From Sphagnum compactum (Eukaryota), in the NCBI GenBank assembly GCA_965153455.1, contig OZ234493.1, positions 12,638,213 through 12,702,212 of the forward strand: 64,000 nucleotides of DNA. Reading direction: 5' to 3'. Below, in pieces: positions 1-13,388 of this stretch (position 1 is the stretch's first letter; each line of letters begins with the position of its first letter). The notes under the pieces are model-generated. The model had not been told where the DNA came from and did not search any database. It worked only from the letters and a program-made list of their open reading frames with translations. A program made the translations under genes and the position numbers.

Positions 1-3000
1 TATGGTAAACCACAATTCAAGACTAAAGCTCAAAATGAAAGTCACTCTTTCTCTCATAGAGGCAAGGAGGGAGAGTATGCAAATCCTTGGTAATTTATTT
101 TTTCATATGCTCTTCAATTTAATTTTGATTTTTTTTCCCAACTTATTTTTGAAAAAGTAGTTTGATTTGGTAGCTTCCATACTTTACATGTCCTAAAATG
201 TTCAAACTTTGGCCAATGAATGAGGCTTATCACAAAAGAAAAAACTTTGAACATCTAATGTGCCCACACCTAAGCGATATAAACAACAAATAGTTCACAA
301 TATATTAATATGTAACATATGCATACATCAATTTCAATTTATTCAACATGTATATAATAAGTTGAAACACAAAGAATCTACATCAAATTCTATGTTTCAC
401 AATAGAGAAACGGTGCATGACATTGCAGTTCAATAAAAATTGCACATTGTCAATCTAATTGCACATTAGATTAGAAATCATCCAATGGCACAAAATAAAA
501 TAATTACTCTTCATGTAAAATAATGTAACCACATAATTGTTTGGATAACACTACAAAACATGACAAAAAACACAGGGTGCATAATATGTGATGTGTATGA
601 ATTTTGGTCTGAATCTTGAAAAAATGGTAATTAGATATTGAGTAGAGATTTGCCTAGAAGTTAGAAAGGAAAGTAATTTTTTTTTACAAATTGTGTTATA
701 TGTATAAACATGTTGAAAAAACATTATCATAATGTGGTGACAATGTGTTTTTTTTTTCCCAAAAAATGCCTTCATATCTCTTGCAAGGGTTTTTTTTTGT
801 TGTTGTCAAGATTTGAAGTTTTGCCAAAATAAAAAACATTAAAGTCCATGGGGAATGAAGATTTTCTTTTGGGCAATATTTTTTACCTATTAAAATATAT
901 GTTAATATAATATTAGGTGGTTATATGATGCCATATGGGTAGTAGGACATGTATTTCAAAATTGATCTTCACACATAATAGATGCATATTATGAAAAAAT
1001 AACTTAAAAAATTGAAACCAAGGGTTTTGCTCAAATAAGAAAATTGATAATAGATGAATCTCAAAAGAATTCAAAATATGGTTATTTTATATTGTGTGTG
1101 GGATAAGAAATACAATTGTGCAAAAGCCCTACCCTACTAATTATGAAGAAAAGGAAGAATCAACCAACATTGGTGTGTCCACCCCATTTAGTTTTTCAAT
1201 CCTAAAAAAAGTTACTTCATTTATTTAAATGCAAAATGTGTTTGGGCAATCATGCTAAGAACAAAAGTTGCCCCTTTTTGCAATTCATTCAATTTTCAAT
1301 ACATAAACACACTAGTGCAATTTTTTTAAAAAATTCTTAATTTGTTTTGTTGAACAAAAGAAATTGAAAAAAAATAATTAATTTTATTTTAATCACAAGG
1401 CACATCTTGTTTATGCATTTAATCACATGACTAAAAAGGTTTTTCAAATTGAGCACACCTAATTTTTCAATTTGAATGTGCATTAATTCAAACCATTGTT
1501 TAGACTTCTTTTCCCTCTCTCTCAATCTCTTGCAAATGCAATTATATTTTGTTGGTTTCAATAAATATTGAATGGTATTTGAAGGACATTGTAAATTCAA
1601 TAATTTAAATTGTGGTGTTCGATTTTTTCATTGCATTGTTTCATTTAAAAATGGGGCTAATTTCCCTTTGTTAATACTTTTCTAGACATTAGAAATTGAA
1701 ATAACATGCAAGCCTATTAGTGTCAATTCATTACAAAAATATGGAATGCATAATACCCATTAGAATGCGTGTTATGCATGCTTATCATGAATATAAAAAC
1801 ACAAAAATCATACCTAAAATGAAGCTAACACACATAGAAAGAAAATAAAAACCATGTGCTGCCTTGTAAGGCTACTAGTTGAATGCAAAAAGAAAGTTGG
1901 AAAAAATATTTAAATTATTTTTATGCAAAGAAGGCCCCTTGTATGGGCTATTCCTTATTTTTTGGGCTCAAGCCTTGAGCTATTATTTTTGGCTAAAAGG
2001 CCTCAAATGAAAGGATGCCCTCCATTGCATGGTCTTGCTTCTTAATACATAATCATTTAACACTGAATTGGTGTTAAGGTTTACATTGTTAAGTTTAGCC
2101 TAACATTTAGATAACACGATTAAAAAAAGGTAACCTATGTTAGTTAACATTAACTTAAATGTTAACTAAATTTTTCCACGTTCATTCACACTAAGTTAAT
2201 GTTAACCTAAATTAAAATTTCAAAAAAAGTAGTTATTTACCTTTTTCATGATGGATTTGCATCATCACAAATGTTAATGGTTAGTTATGTTCTCTCTTAA
2301 TGTTCACACTGTTCAAAATTTTGTTTTCCTTCTCTAAAATTTTTTCTCTTTTGAAATACTACACTTCAATGCTTGCACAAATGGTACACAACACCAAAAA
2401 CCATGTAAGAAAAAGCTTTAGTATTGTGTGTTTTTCATAATGCATTTTAGCTTGATACCGAAGCAATGGCATCACCCTGAACTATGGGAAATGAATTTTG
2501 CATTTGATTTTGTAGACTTTGTTCACCATTAATAATTTTCTTGCATTTCACCTCTCACAAATTTACAACAATTTGATTACTTTTGTGATTCATGATGTGT
2601 AAAGTCATTCAAGCTTTTACAATAGTGGGTTGAATTGATTTTTGTTGCATTCTATAAGGCATTTTCTTGTATTCTTGCTAGTACTTCTGTTGTCCATATG
2701 ATGAACACAATAGTTGTTGTGACAATGCTTGGCCATTACAACTTAGACAAATATTGCAACAATAAGTGTCGGTGTTGTTCTTCATGCATGGACCAAATGC
2801 TTATACGACAACATCCTTCTCACATTGTATATGATAGAGCTTGCAACTATCCATTCTTAATTAGGAGCTTTGACATTAAGTTCTTTGCCCCTTTATGCTA
2901 GTGTTGTGGCATCACCACCTATGTTTCAAACATGTGATGGATGCATATTTTTCTATTGCTATTGTTGTAGTTTCTCTTTCTTCATTCAACCTTTACAAAA

Positions 3001-4459
3001 CTTGTGAGACAAGATGAGACTTGAAATGAAGAAAAGAATGAAAATGGAAGACAACATGGAATGAGAATAAGCTAAAAAACAAGAGATTAACAAGAGACTA
3101 ACTTAGGGGAATTGTGAAAAACTAATTTTGTTAACTTAACATTGATTTAAAGCCCTATTTTATGGGCTACTATCTGACATTGTGTTTTTTTTGGGAAGAT
3201 TTGATGTTAAGTTAACACCCATTTAGCATTAGTTTAACACCCATTTAACATTATGTGCCATTTAAGATTTCACCTCAAATTTGATATTAACTAACGTTCT
3301 TGGTTTGAATGCAACCAAAAACTTGCTTCTCTTAACATCAATTTCAACGTCAACTTAATATCAGGTGTAGTTGCATTTTAGATGAATATTAAACATAAAC
3401 CCAATTATGTTTAATCTAAAATGTGTGTAAAAATTAACATGTAGAAAAATTTGATGAAATCATTCCAATAGGAAAGTAAGTTTATTAGATAGGAAGAGCC
3501 AAAGTTAAATTTGTACCATTACAAAACATAATATTCATTCAAGTAATTGCTATTGAATATAGAGTAAAATTGCAAAATTTAAAAGAAAATTAAAAAAAAA
3601 CCTTAATTTTATAAAAAGCCCAACCAAGATCAAAGGAATTTCATTAGAGCAATTTCGATTTCCCCCCTTCAAAATTTGGTGACCTTGGGCCAATTTTTTC
3701 AAGAAAAAAAATCCTTTTGTAAAAGTTGCATTTAAAAAAAAAAAATTGTGTCACCAAGAGGTGACAATTTGCCTTTGCAAAAAAATTAAAAAATATGTAA
3801 TACACATGTTCAAAACAAATGGTTAAATTGTCATAATATAACTTGGGCTTTTGTGTTGTTGTACATTACCAATGACAATCAGTTAATACAAATTTTTTTT
3901 TTTGATTTTATGAAATTTTAATTCCATTCAAATGAAAATATTGAATGACATTGGATATGCAACTTGAATTGAATTTCAAATACATCGAATGGAAATTAAA
4001 ATGCAACTAAAAAATTCAATGACAATTATATTTATTCTAATTCAATTGAAAAGAAATGAGATGCAAATTGATCCAAAAGGAATTGAAAATATACTCGTGA
4101 TTGTGGTGTTGAAAACCCAAGAAAACACACACACACACACACAAATTTAAATTAAAAATTTTATTAAAATAAATAAATGAAATTTTATTAAAACAAATAA
4201 ATTATAATTTATTAAAATAAATAAATAATAAATAAATAAATAATTATAATTAATTTATTAAAAAAAACACCTTTTCATTCCTCTTTACTCGGGAATTAAC
4301 TAAACAAATTTCAATTTGGAAACATTCCAAAGGACAACTCATCATCAGTAAAATTAATATGTCAATTAATAAAATAATTGACAAAACCTAATTTTCCATT
4401 CTTGACATAAATAAATAATAAATAAATAAACGTAAAATATTATAGCCGTATACACCTAT

Positions 4460-4570
4460 AGATACGCCGTCGTCTTGTTGTCGAGGGAAAATACGTATAG
4501 TGTAGAGATACGTCGTCGTCTTGTTGTCGAGGGGGAAAATACGTATAATGTAGAGATACATCGTCGTCTT
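4460..4570. repeat. CpG-rich tandem repeat, ~46-48 bp unit x 2.3, upstream of the GH63 gene
   Basis: AGATACG(C/T)CGTCGTCTTGTTGTCGAGGG(GG)AAAATACGTATA(G/A)TGTAG at 4460 and 4506, partial third copy at 4554; followed by a (GC)n run at ~4585-4598. Confidence 0.9.
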
Positions 4571-4765
4571 CCTCTTCTCGTCGTGCGCGCGCGCGCGCTA
4601 CAAGAAAAAAGTCTGCAATCAACAAACGTCCCAGATCTTTGTCCATTTAGGCTACTACAGTGGAATTCTGAATCACGTACCAAAAAATTTCTTGGCGATG
4701 ATGATCCATAGGCTACATGGCAACAACCCATTCAAAGAAAAATCCGAAAGAACCTTGAAACCATC

Positions 4766-4774
4766 AAACCCTAA
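4766..4774 (+). promoter_or_regulatory. telo-box (AAACCCTAA) in the probable promoter/5' leader of the GH63 gene
   Basis: Exact AAACCCTAA ~340 bp upstream of the proposed ATG; function not shown. Confidence 0.4.
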
Positions 4775-5102
4775 TTTGTTGTTGGTGTTGTTGTTGTTGT
4801 GGTCGTCGATTGTGGGTATATCTGCAAGGAGATGGATCATGGCTGCTGCTGCTGCTCAGGATTTGTTTGTTTGTTTGCTGGTTGTGGCCAACAAAGTAGC
4901 CAGTTTCGTCGCTGAATGAAATCAACCCACTACTACTACTACTACCTCTTGCACCTAGTAAGTTGCACAAAAAAGAGCTTCTTCTTATTGTCTCAGGAGG
5001 AGGAGAACAACACCATGTCTTGTGCATAAGCTTGCGAAGAAGGGCTGTGAGTTTGAGAACAAAAATCTGGAAAGAGAATCGTCATCGAGAAATTGGGCAA
5101 GA

Positions 5103-7455
5103 ATGCAGCAGCGGACATCAAGAATGCATGTGAAGAAGGAAATTATTGGCAAAAAGGAAATTTCATGGGTGCCTGATCAAATGGTGGTCACAAGCTCCAG
5201 CACTCCGTCGTCGACCACACCTCCCAATCAAACAAAAAAGTTGTTGTGGTTCATGCAAAAGGGAAGAAGGAGGCCGCAGCAGCAAATGATGATGGCTTTG
5301 AAAATGCCGGCGATAAGAAGAACCCGCAGCAGCAGTAGATTCACATTCTCATCTTCTTCTTCTTCTTCTACCATTTTTCACGGCCTGCGCGGAATGCTCA
5401 TTTGCGTTTCTTTCGGACTGGTGTGCATCACAATTGCTGCTGTATTGTTGTGCATGCGAGAGGAAGAAGAAGTTTCCAGCCATCCCAGAGAGATTACACC
5501 ATTTCCCACCAAGCTTGTCTCTGCATTACCTCAAGTATTTCCCATCCCCCCCATTCCTCTCTCTCTCTCTCTCTCACAGACACACAAATACACACACACA
5601 CACACACACATCTCTCTTTCTGTGTCACAGACAGAAATTGAAGGAGGAGACAATCTGCAATTCCAAACCCTTTCTCAGAGGTAGAAATCCAAGGAGAAAA
5701 AAACACCCAAACCTGTGTGAATCAATGGAGTCTTGAAGAATTTCAAGCATTGGGTTGTTGTTGTTATTGTTGTTGATCCAGTGATGTGTGGAGTGCAGTT
5801 TCAGGGAGCACACCGTGAGCGTCTTTACTGGGGTACTTATCGCCCAAACCTCTACTTGGGCATTCGAGCCAGGTTTGTAAACAAAACAGCAACAACAGCA
5901 ATCTGACCAGAACCCATCCTTCATGTTGTTCAGTGAGCTTCAAGAGCTTCAAGTCTGGCTTCAAGTCTAGCTTTGAGAGGTTCAAGAGCCTTCTTCAAGA
6001 GTGGGGCATTTATTTGGTTTGGTTCTTTTGCACAGGACTCCAAAATCATTGCTTGCTGGATTGATGTGGCTTGGGCTGAAACAAGGACAAGGCTCCTCTC
6101 TGCGGCATACTTGTGATGAATCTGATGGACTTGCTCGCTATTCTTCATGGGTGCGTCATGATGGCACCACATACGGTCGCCAGGTGAACCACCTGCTGCA
6201 CCAACAGTATTATTGCCATGACCATACAAATGGTTATTTACTACCAAAGACAAATCGATCCTCCACAACCAAACGCTGAAAAACTTGGAGTAGAATTTTG
6301 GAATACCATTGCAAAAGAAAGACAACAACAAAGACACCGACAATGAACGGTGATGATGCTGATGATGATGATGTCTTGTGCAGCAGGTTTAGGGACAGAA
6401 TCAAGCAAGATCTGGTAGAGAGATGGGAAAAGAGTGATGAAAAGTTTTGAAACGTGAGATACAGAAGTTCTCTGATTGCTGCTCCTGCACACATGTGATA
6501 TATATAAATCAGCAGCAGATGACAGTCTTTTGATTTCACTGCAAGTTCTGTTTGCAGGAGATAGTAGATGGAAGTGCCCGTATCACTATATCATTCTTCA
6601 AAAGCAAAGAGCTTGGAAGTGGCTATGGAGGTGACTGGGTAGTCCGTGTCCTTGTTCAGCCTATCAAGAGGTATGTATATATGACCAAAAAGAAGAAGAA
6701 CCAAGCATGACTTGTTGCAGTTTCATGTGCTTTTTTCTTTCTTTTTTTTTGGGGAAGAATTATATTAGTTAAAGAATCAAAAGGTTTTGAAATGAAATCA
6801 CAAGTTTGCTAATGTCATTGAACTGCGCACTTCAAAAGTTGATAGAGAAATTGCTGAAATTCATTTGGGAGCTTGACACATGCTGAGCCATGAGAGAAAA
6901 AATTGCGGAAATCTGCACAGAGAATCAATTGTTTCAGCACCTGAACTTGTGGATTTAGCAGTGCTTGAAATCTGCATGAATCTTAAGTTTCTGATTTTGC
7001 AGAGTAACAGAAACTTTTGGGCTTGTCCTGTAGGAAAGAAGATGAGGAGCAACCAAAACACCCCCACCCAAATGATGTATCATTTTTCTTTTACCTTGCC
7101 AATGAGGAAGGATGCCCACTGAAGCTGTTTCCAAAGCAGCCTTCAGCAATATCAATGCAGCAGGATGACCCCATTGCAACAGGCTCAACAAAGGAGATTG
7201 GTGGCTGGGAGCTTCATGGCATTAAGAAGGTTGTTTGCACCAGCCTCACGATCTCATCTGTTTCCTTACCTCAAATTCCTTACCCTCAATCCTTTGTACT
7301 GGGTTGATCAATCCCTGGATGAGAAAACTGATTCTGTTTGCATGGAGGTTTGAGAGTTTCTGCAGGAAGGAACAACTATGAACTACATGGGATCTCATAC
7401 AAACCACATGCACAATTTGACGGAACTAGTCTGGCAAGCTTTGGAGACACAAGTG

Positions 7456-7491
<36 letters not shown>

Positions 7492-10400
7492 ACATTCATG
7501 TTTTTCCTTGAAAATGTATATGATCCATATATAACAAACAATGGGTGCACTCATGATGTGGGCGTTTCTCAATGGCAGTCAAAACCTCTCATCATTTCTC
7601 TCACCAACATTCACATAAGTGTCCTTTTGATGTTGGGCTGGAAAAGGCAAGAAGAACAGGGACCTTGCAACTTCCAGATGATTCTGACAACCTCCCAAAC
7701 ATAGCCATCTTCCAGGTACACTGAGCTCATTCTTTTTCATAAAAAAGAACAAGCTAAAATGAAAAGAAGCTGCCAGAACTCATGACAGAATGGTTGTACC
7801 TTCAAACTGTTGTTGTGGAGTTTTTTTTTTCTCTGTGATCTCATACCTATATGTTCATTCTTTTTCCTCTCATCTAAATTTGAGCTTTGCAAAGGCACCC
7901 ACATCTTCAAAATGTTCACTGAAACATCCAGTCACATTATGAGGCTACCACTTGTTTCCTCCCTGAGTTTGCTTCTGCAATTTAGCAAAATCAACAAAAC
8001 TCCATTGCCCATACCAGAGTTGCTGCTGTGACTACAAGTTCATAGTGCATCATGCAAGGGTTTATAAACGGTGCCATTCACTAAATAATGCTATGCTGCA
8101 TTTTATGTGCCAAACCAACAATAGTGTCCTGCTGGAGAAATGGCATGTGATTATGTTGATTGTTGTGATGATTAGGTGAGTGGGAAAGCTCCCATGGAGC
8201 TGGATTTTGTTCTTGTGTCAGGCACTCAAACAAGAAATGCTCGGGTGAACTTGCGTGTTAAAAACCTCTCAGGTACTGAACACTTTACCTCTTTTATGGC
8301 TTTCTTTACATTTTGTTTCAGAGCATAGGAACAGGAAAATGGGTTTCAGAGTTTCAACTTGTGTGTGGTGGTTTGATAAACTTCTGTGTATTTTCAGTGC
8401 TACCCATTTTCCATTCCTGCACAAAGGGTGCAAACTATTGATCAAATTAAAATGTGGACAAAGCAGATCATCCCAAAATGTGTATAAGAATTTCTTTGCA
8501 AGCTCCATGGTAGGAAGAGCATGACTGCATTTATATATTGTACATGGGAAACAAGCAGGTGCTGCCCTTAGCAAGAGATTGACAGAGCAAGAAGAGAAAT
8601 TTGAACAGCGATTTGAATCCACATTCAAATTGACAAACCAGGTGTGCTGAAATCCAAAAAACCTTTTCTCTGAGTACATCAAACAATACATACAATACTT
8701 GTACATCAAAACAAAGTTATACAATCTTTGAATACATGTTTTGTTTTGGGTCTTTGTCAAACCAATTTGATCCCATCCCTGAAGCCATAGTAGAACTAAG
8801 CATAAAAACACATGGAAAGCTTTACCAGATTGTGATGAAATTGTTGACATAGATTTGACATGAAGTTGTTGACAGGTGAAGCTGGGAGATCGAGAAATCG
8901 AAGTTGGTCAAGTTGCAATGAGTGGTTTGCTGGGAGGAATAGCCTACTTCTATGGACAATCACGGATTGCTATCCCCCTCAAATTACGGGTGCATATCTT
9001 GTCTAGAAAAGTGTTTTCTTTCTTTGGGTGGATTTTTTTGGTAAGTTGAATAGGACTTGTAATTGACACTTTTGAAATTTGTGAATCAGTTGACACACTC
9101 ACAATTGGTCATTGTAGGCCCACCAAGAAATTATGAGAGCTGGAAGCTTTTGGGAAAATTGGTCAGCTGCTTTATACACTGCAGTTCGCAGTCGTTCATC
9201 ATATCCACATGGCTATTTTGCTGATGAGGGGTACCATCAGCTTCTGATCAGGTGAGAAGTTGGGACTGTTTTTTTTGTTTTGTTTTGTTTAGTTTTAGTT
9301 TTAGTTTAGGCTTCTTCTTTTTTTTTTGGGTGTAAAAAAATTTGTAAACCATTTCAAGTATCACCAGAGTGGACTTGGCAACAAAAATATAGGCTCATTT
9401 TTCATCTCTTTGGACTTTAGACACAATACTTGAAAAACACAAATACTTGAGTAGTTTTGTGCTTAGGAGGACCTATCTCATGTTGGGTATATGGTAAAAG
9501 GGAGGAGAAGAAGAAGGAAGATGACTGGGCCTTAATTTCATTTGGAATATGAATCTGCTGACTGTTCTGCAGTCAATGGGATTGGAAATTGAGCAAAGAC
9601 ATGATTGCACATTGGCTTGATCTCATTAATGTTGATGGGTGGATCCCTCATCAGCAAATTCTGGGAGACGAGGCCCAGAGGTATCCCACCAAATACACAT
9701 GCCCCTCTACATCACCTCCCCAGAATTTGATACCGAGATTGAAGTGGGTTGAAGAGTATGCATGTGGATTGTGGGAAAAAAAGTTCTATGTTGGGCTGTG
9801 GAATCAATTTTCTAGTTTGGGTTGTGAAAACAAATTCTATTAAGGCCTGTGAAAACAATTATATATGGGGTTGTGAAAAACAATTCTCAAGTGTTGGGTG
9901 CAGCAAGGTTTCAGATGCAGCTTTGATCCAGAATACAGAAAGTGCAAATCCCCCTTCCCTCTTCTTAGTGCTTCACAGTAAAATTTCAATCCATCGTGAT
10001 CCTTGATAATTCCATCATACTCAATCCCCAGATCTTAAATTCCTGGAGTCGACTTTGTAACAAAACATAATGTGTAGTTATGTGTCATCAAACGAGCTGT
10101 GTTGTACAATCTCGACAGTACTCTATCATGAAGTGGGTAAAAGAAACAGCATTCAATTTTAAAAAAGACCAGAAGGGATAATCATGGTTAATCAAACAAG
10201 TTAGTATTGTGTAACGTATTCTTCACCTCCATATGACTTGTGAGAATTGCTACAGAATTGGCAACTCGATATGAGACAACATTAGCAGCGGGGAAAAAGG
10301 ATCCAGAGAATTTGTCCTTTTTGAAAGCAATATTTCCACGCTTAAAAGCATGGTTTCATTGGTTCAATTCCACTCAGACTGGTTAGCTCCAAAACCCATG

Positions 10401-13388
10401 TTTTCCTTCCAAACATCCAACATCACAGTAGAGATCAATGCAGAGATGTTGAGCAAGCATCATACATATATGTGTGTGTGCGTGTATGTATATATATGTA
10501 TCCATGGCTGAGAGTTAGATGGTTCAGTTTTTCTAAGAAATGCTTGAACAAGACGGTAGCAGGCAAGGTGGCAGGCAGCTTCTATTGGCATGGTCGTGAT
10601 GCTGAATCGGAGAGTGAGCTGAATCCCAAGGTTCCAAATCCAAACCTCCCTTCAACCCACATCTGACCTTGTGCTCGGTGTTTTGCAACATTGTGTATGG
10701 GGGTTTGACATCCATTCATTCATTTGCATCTGGTGGTTTTTGGTTCTTTTGATGATAAAGTTGGTCCAGGGTTTCTCATCAACAATTTCAGATCCACATT
10801 TTCCATCAAATCTGCCATAATTGGATCACCAAATCAAGGATCTGATTGAATGAACTGTGAAGCAGGTGATGGATATCTAATAAGCAAGCTTCCAATCCTG
10901 ACTCCTAACTAATTGTTCTTGACCAATGGGTGTTACTGCATGCAGACGGTGATGTCAGGAATGGATGACTACCCACGAGCTTCACATCCCAGCAAGGATG
11001 AGCGCCACTTGGATCTGCATTGTTGGATGGCCTTTGCTTCACAAACAATGGCAAAGATCGCCTCACTGGTGGATATTTCCTCTTACACGGTAAAAATGGA
11101 GGTTCACTGTATCTCCAGTGCAAAATTGGAGACAGAATATTGGAACCCTGACTGAAGTCTGCAGTATGTGTAATATGTACCTATGAACTCAGCAATGGAT
11201 AGATAGTGCAGAGAAGTGGCATTGAGCAGTGCAAGTCTACCAGTTAACTTACTGTCAGCGCACTGGAGTGAAGAATCCACTGTTTTTGGGGGAACTGGGT
11301 GTGCCAGAAGTATCGAGATACTGCAGCCTGGCTGACAGATCTGAAGCTCCTCAATGAGGTATATATGAATACATCATTATTGTACATTTGAGATCACTTG
11401 AGCATAATTTTTTCATGTTCCACATTTGCATTAACAAAGTGCATGAGCTAATAATCTCTTGTTCAAACCACCCAATTTCAAAGGATTCATAACTCACACT
11501 CATATTTGAGAGCTAGCTGCTATCCTGATTTAGTTGCATATATTATCATGTTCTGAAATTGTGACAATGCTGTTTTTAGATACCCGAAGAGTATAGTTCA
11601 AATGGTTGTGTTAATGATTTTTTTCCCTCTTTGTTGTGTAGCTACATTATGAGGAGCGATTGGGACGCTACTTTGATTTCGGAAATCATTCAGAGATGGT
11701 ATGGAAATCATTGTATTTAGTCTAGTCTTCAATACTGTGCGATTGTGATACATGTTGTTATGTACAGTTGTTGAGTCTGGTGCATCTTGGGAGACCCCAA
11801 ATTGCGTTTTTTGTATGTGCTTCATGTGCGGCCTTTTTCTCTGGATAGTAGATAAAATGGATGGAACTCATTTAGATTATGAGTTTCTTTGCTTACTTTA
11901 ATTGTGCTTTGTGGGTGGGACGATCTTTGTGGTGTTTGTATGGTGAAAAAAAAGATCAAACTTTATCAGAAAACAACAGTGGAGCCACGCACTGGATATG
12001 TTCATTCAGAGGTGCGACGACTAGTGATGGAGCTTCCTGAGTTGAGATGGGTGCCTCAATATGGTTATAACAGCCTCTTTCCTCTTGTGTTCCGTATGTT
12101 TCCCCTGGTACGCAGTATTAAATAAATGTCATATCTTTTGACATATAATAACTCCTGGACTGATCACAAGTAATTCTTAGTGAACTCTGAAGTGGAAACT
12201 TTTTAGAGTGAGGTCAAGGCCCAAGACTCGGGTGGTTTTTGCCCAAAGTACCCAACAAGATTGGGTGCCTGGAGAGATATTAATGCCTAAGAAAGTTGGC
12301 TTGGTTTTTGGCCTTTGTGAATTTCCCATGGAGTTGGTTTACAGACCTCACTCCAGTTTGCACACCAGTTAGTTCTGCTGCAGAGTGAGATGTACCTATG
12401 GACTGATTATGGACTCCGCTCTCTTGCCACTAGCAGGTGCAATATTTCTTTGCATTAATGTATTTTTTGGGTAGGTCTCAGATTTTGCAGAGTTTTGTAT
12501 TTGCATCAAAATTTTGCCTTTTTTTTTTGGGTGGGTGTCAAATTGTGCACTCTGCTTGAAAACTCAGTCAAATGAGTGTAAAATTTGGCTTAATGAATTT
12601 ATAGCTCAATGTTTATGAAGCACAACATGGAGAATGAGTCACCTCATTGGAGAGGACGAGTGTGGTTAAACATCAACTATCTTGTTCTTTCTGCCCTTGA
12701 TTACTACTCCCAAGGTTGGCACACCCACCCAAACCCATCACCACAATTGATTTTGTTGTTCTATGTTTTGCAATTGCATTTGCATCCTCAAAATATCAAT
12801 TCTTTTCAATGGGTATCAGAAAATGCTCTTGTACTTCAATTTGGACTTTTGCATCCCGGATTTTAGTTTTCAAAGGGAAATGACTAGAAACTCAGATCCA
12901 AATTGCCATGATCGACAGAACCAGGGCCTAATAGTGATAAGGCCACAGATGTATATCTCAAGCTTCGTGAAAATATAATCCGGTATCAATTTCTGCTTGT
13001 GGTTTTTTATATATTGTTCTCATTATTTGTGGTTTTTCTTTCTAGCATTTTAAGATGTTTGACAAATTGGGTTATTCATATCTTTGCCATCAAAATCAGT
13101 ATAATACCTCTTATAGTGAACTCAAGCTAGGGGTGCATTTTTTTTTACAGATTTCCATAAATGTTTTGATTGCAAAGAACAATCCAACCTCGGTGCAAGG
13201 TTTTGTTCAGATGGTGAGAGTCAGTGGATGATGGATATGGGTGAAGGAATGTGGTGGAATGCTACTACGAAAGCGGTTACTTGTGGGAGAGTTATGACAA
13301 CAGCAATAATGGAGAAGGATCAAAGGGCTTTCACCCATTTGCAGGCTCAACAGCCCTCATAGTCCTAATTATGGGAGAGATCTACTAA
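5103..13388 (+). CDS. GCS1: Mannosyl-oligosaccharide glucosidase (ER glucosidase I, GH63)-like protein, divergent paralog; 23 exons, ~911 aa, type II membrane topology
   Basis: GT-AG exons 5103-5534, 5799-5872, 6036-6183, 6558-6670, 7034-7229, 7366-7452, 7647-7715, 8176-8272, 8559-8641, 8876-8989, 9118-9251, 9573-9680, 9904-9977, 10256-10381, 10563-10630, 10946-11089, 11308-11358, 11642-11698, 11955-12107, 12345-12436, 12605-12714, 12919-12982, 13247-13388 splice in phase with no stop. Motifs: N-terminal TM segment, [72 protein letters not shown]. The start ATG is uncertain because several in-frame ATGs exist. Confidence 0.92.
9765..9900. repeat. intronic minisatellite, ~26 bp unit x ~5
   Basis: Degenerate GGG(T/C)TGTG(G/A)AAA(C)AATT(C/T)T units in intron 12 of the GH63 gene, running up to the acceptor at 9903. 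Confidence 0.75.

Noticed and set aside
2030-3380. Possible decayed PIF/Harbinger-like element with GTTAA-rich subterminal regions
   Set aside because: No convincing TIR/TSD pair or diagnostic protein motif could be read.
5930-6343. Minus-strand ORF ending in coiled-coil-like [15 protein letters not shown]
   Set aside because: Antisense to GH63 exon 3; the periodicity comes from an intronic CTTCAAG micro-repeat.
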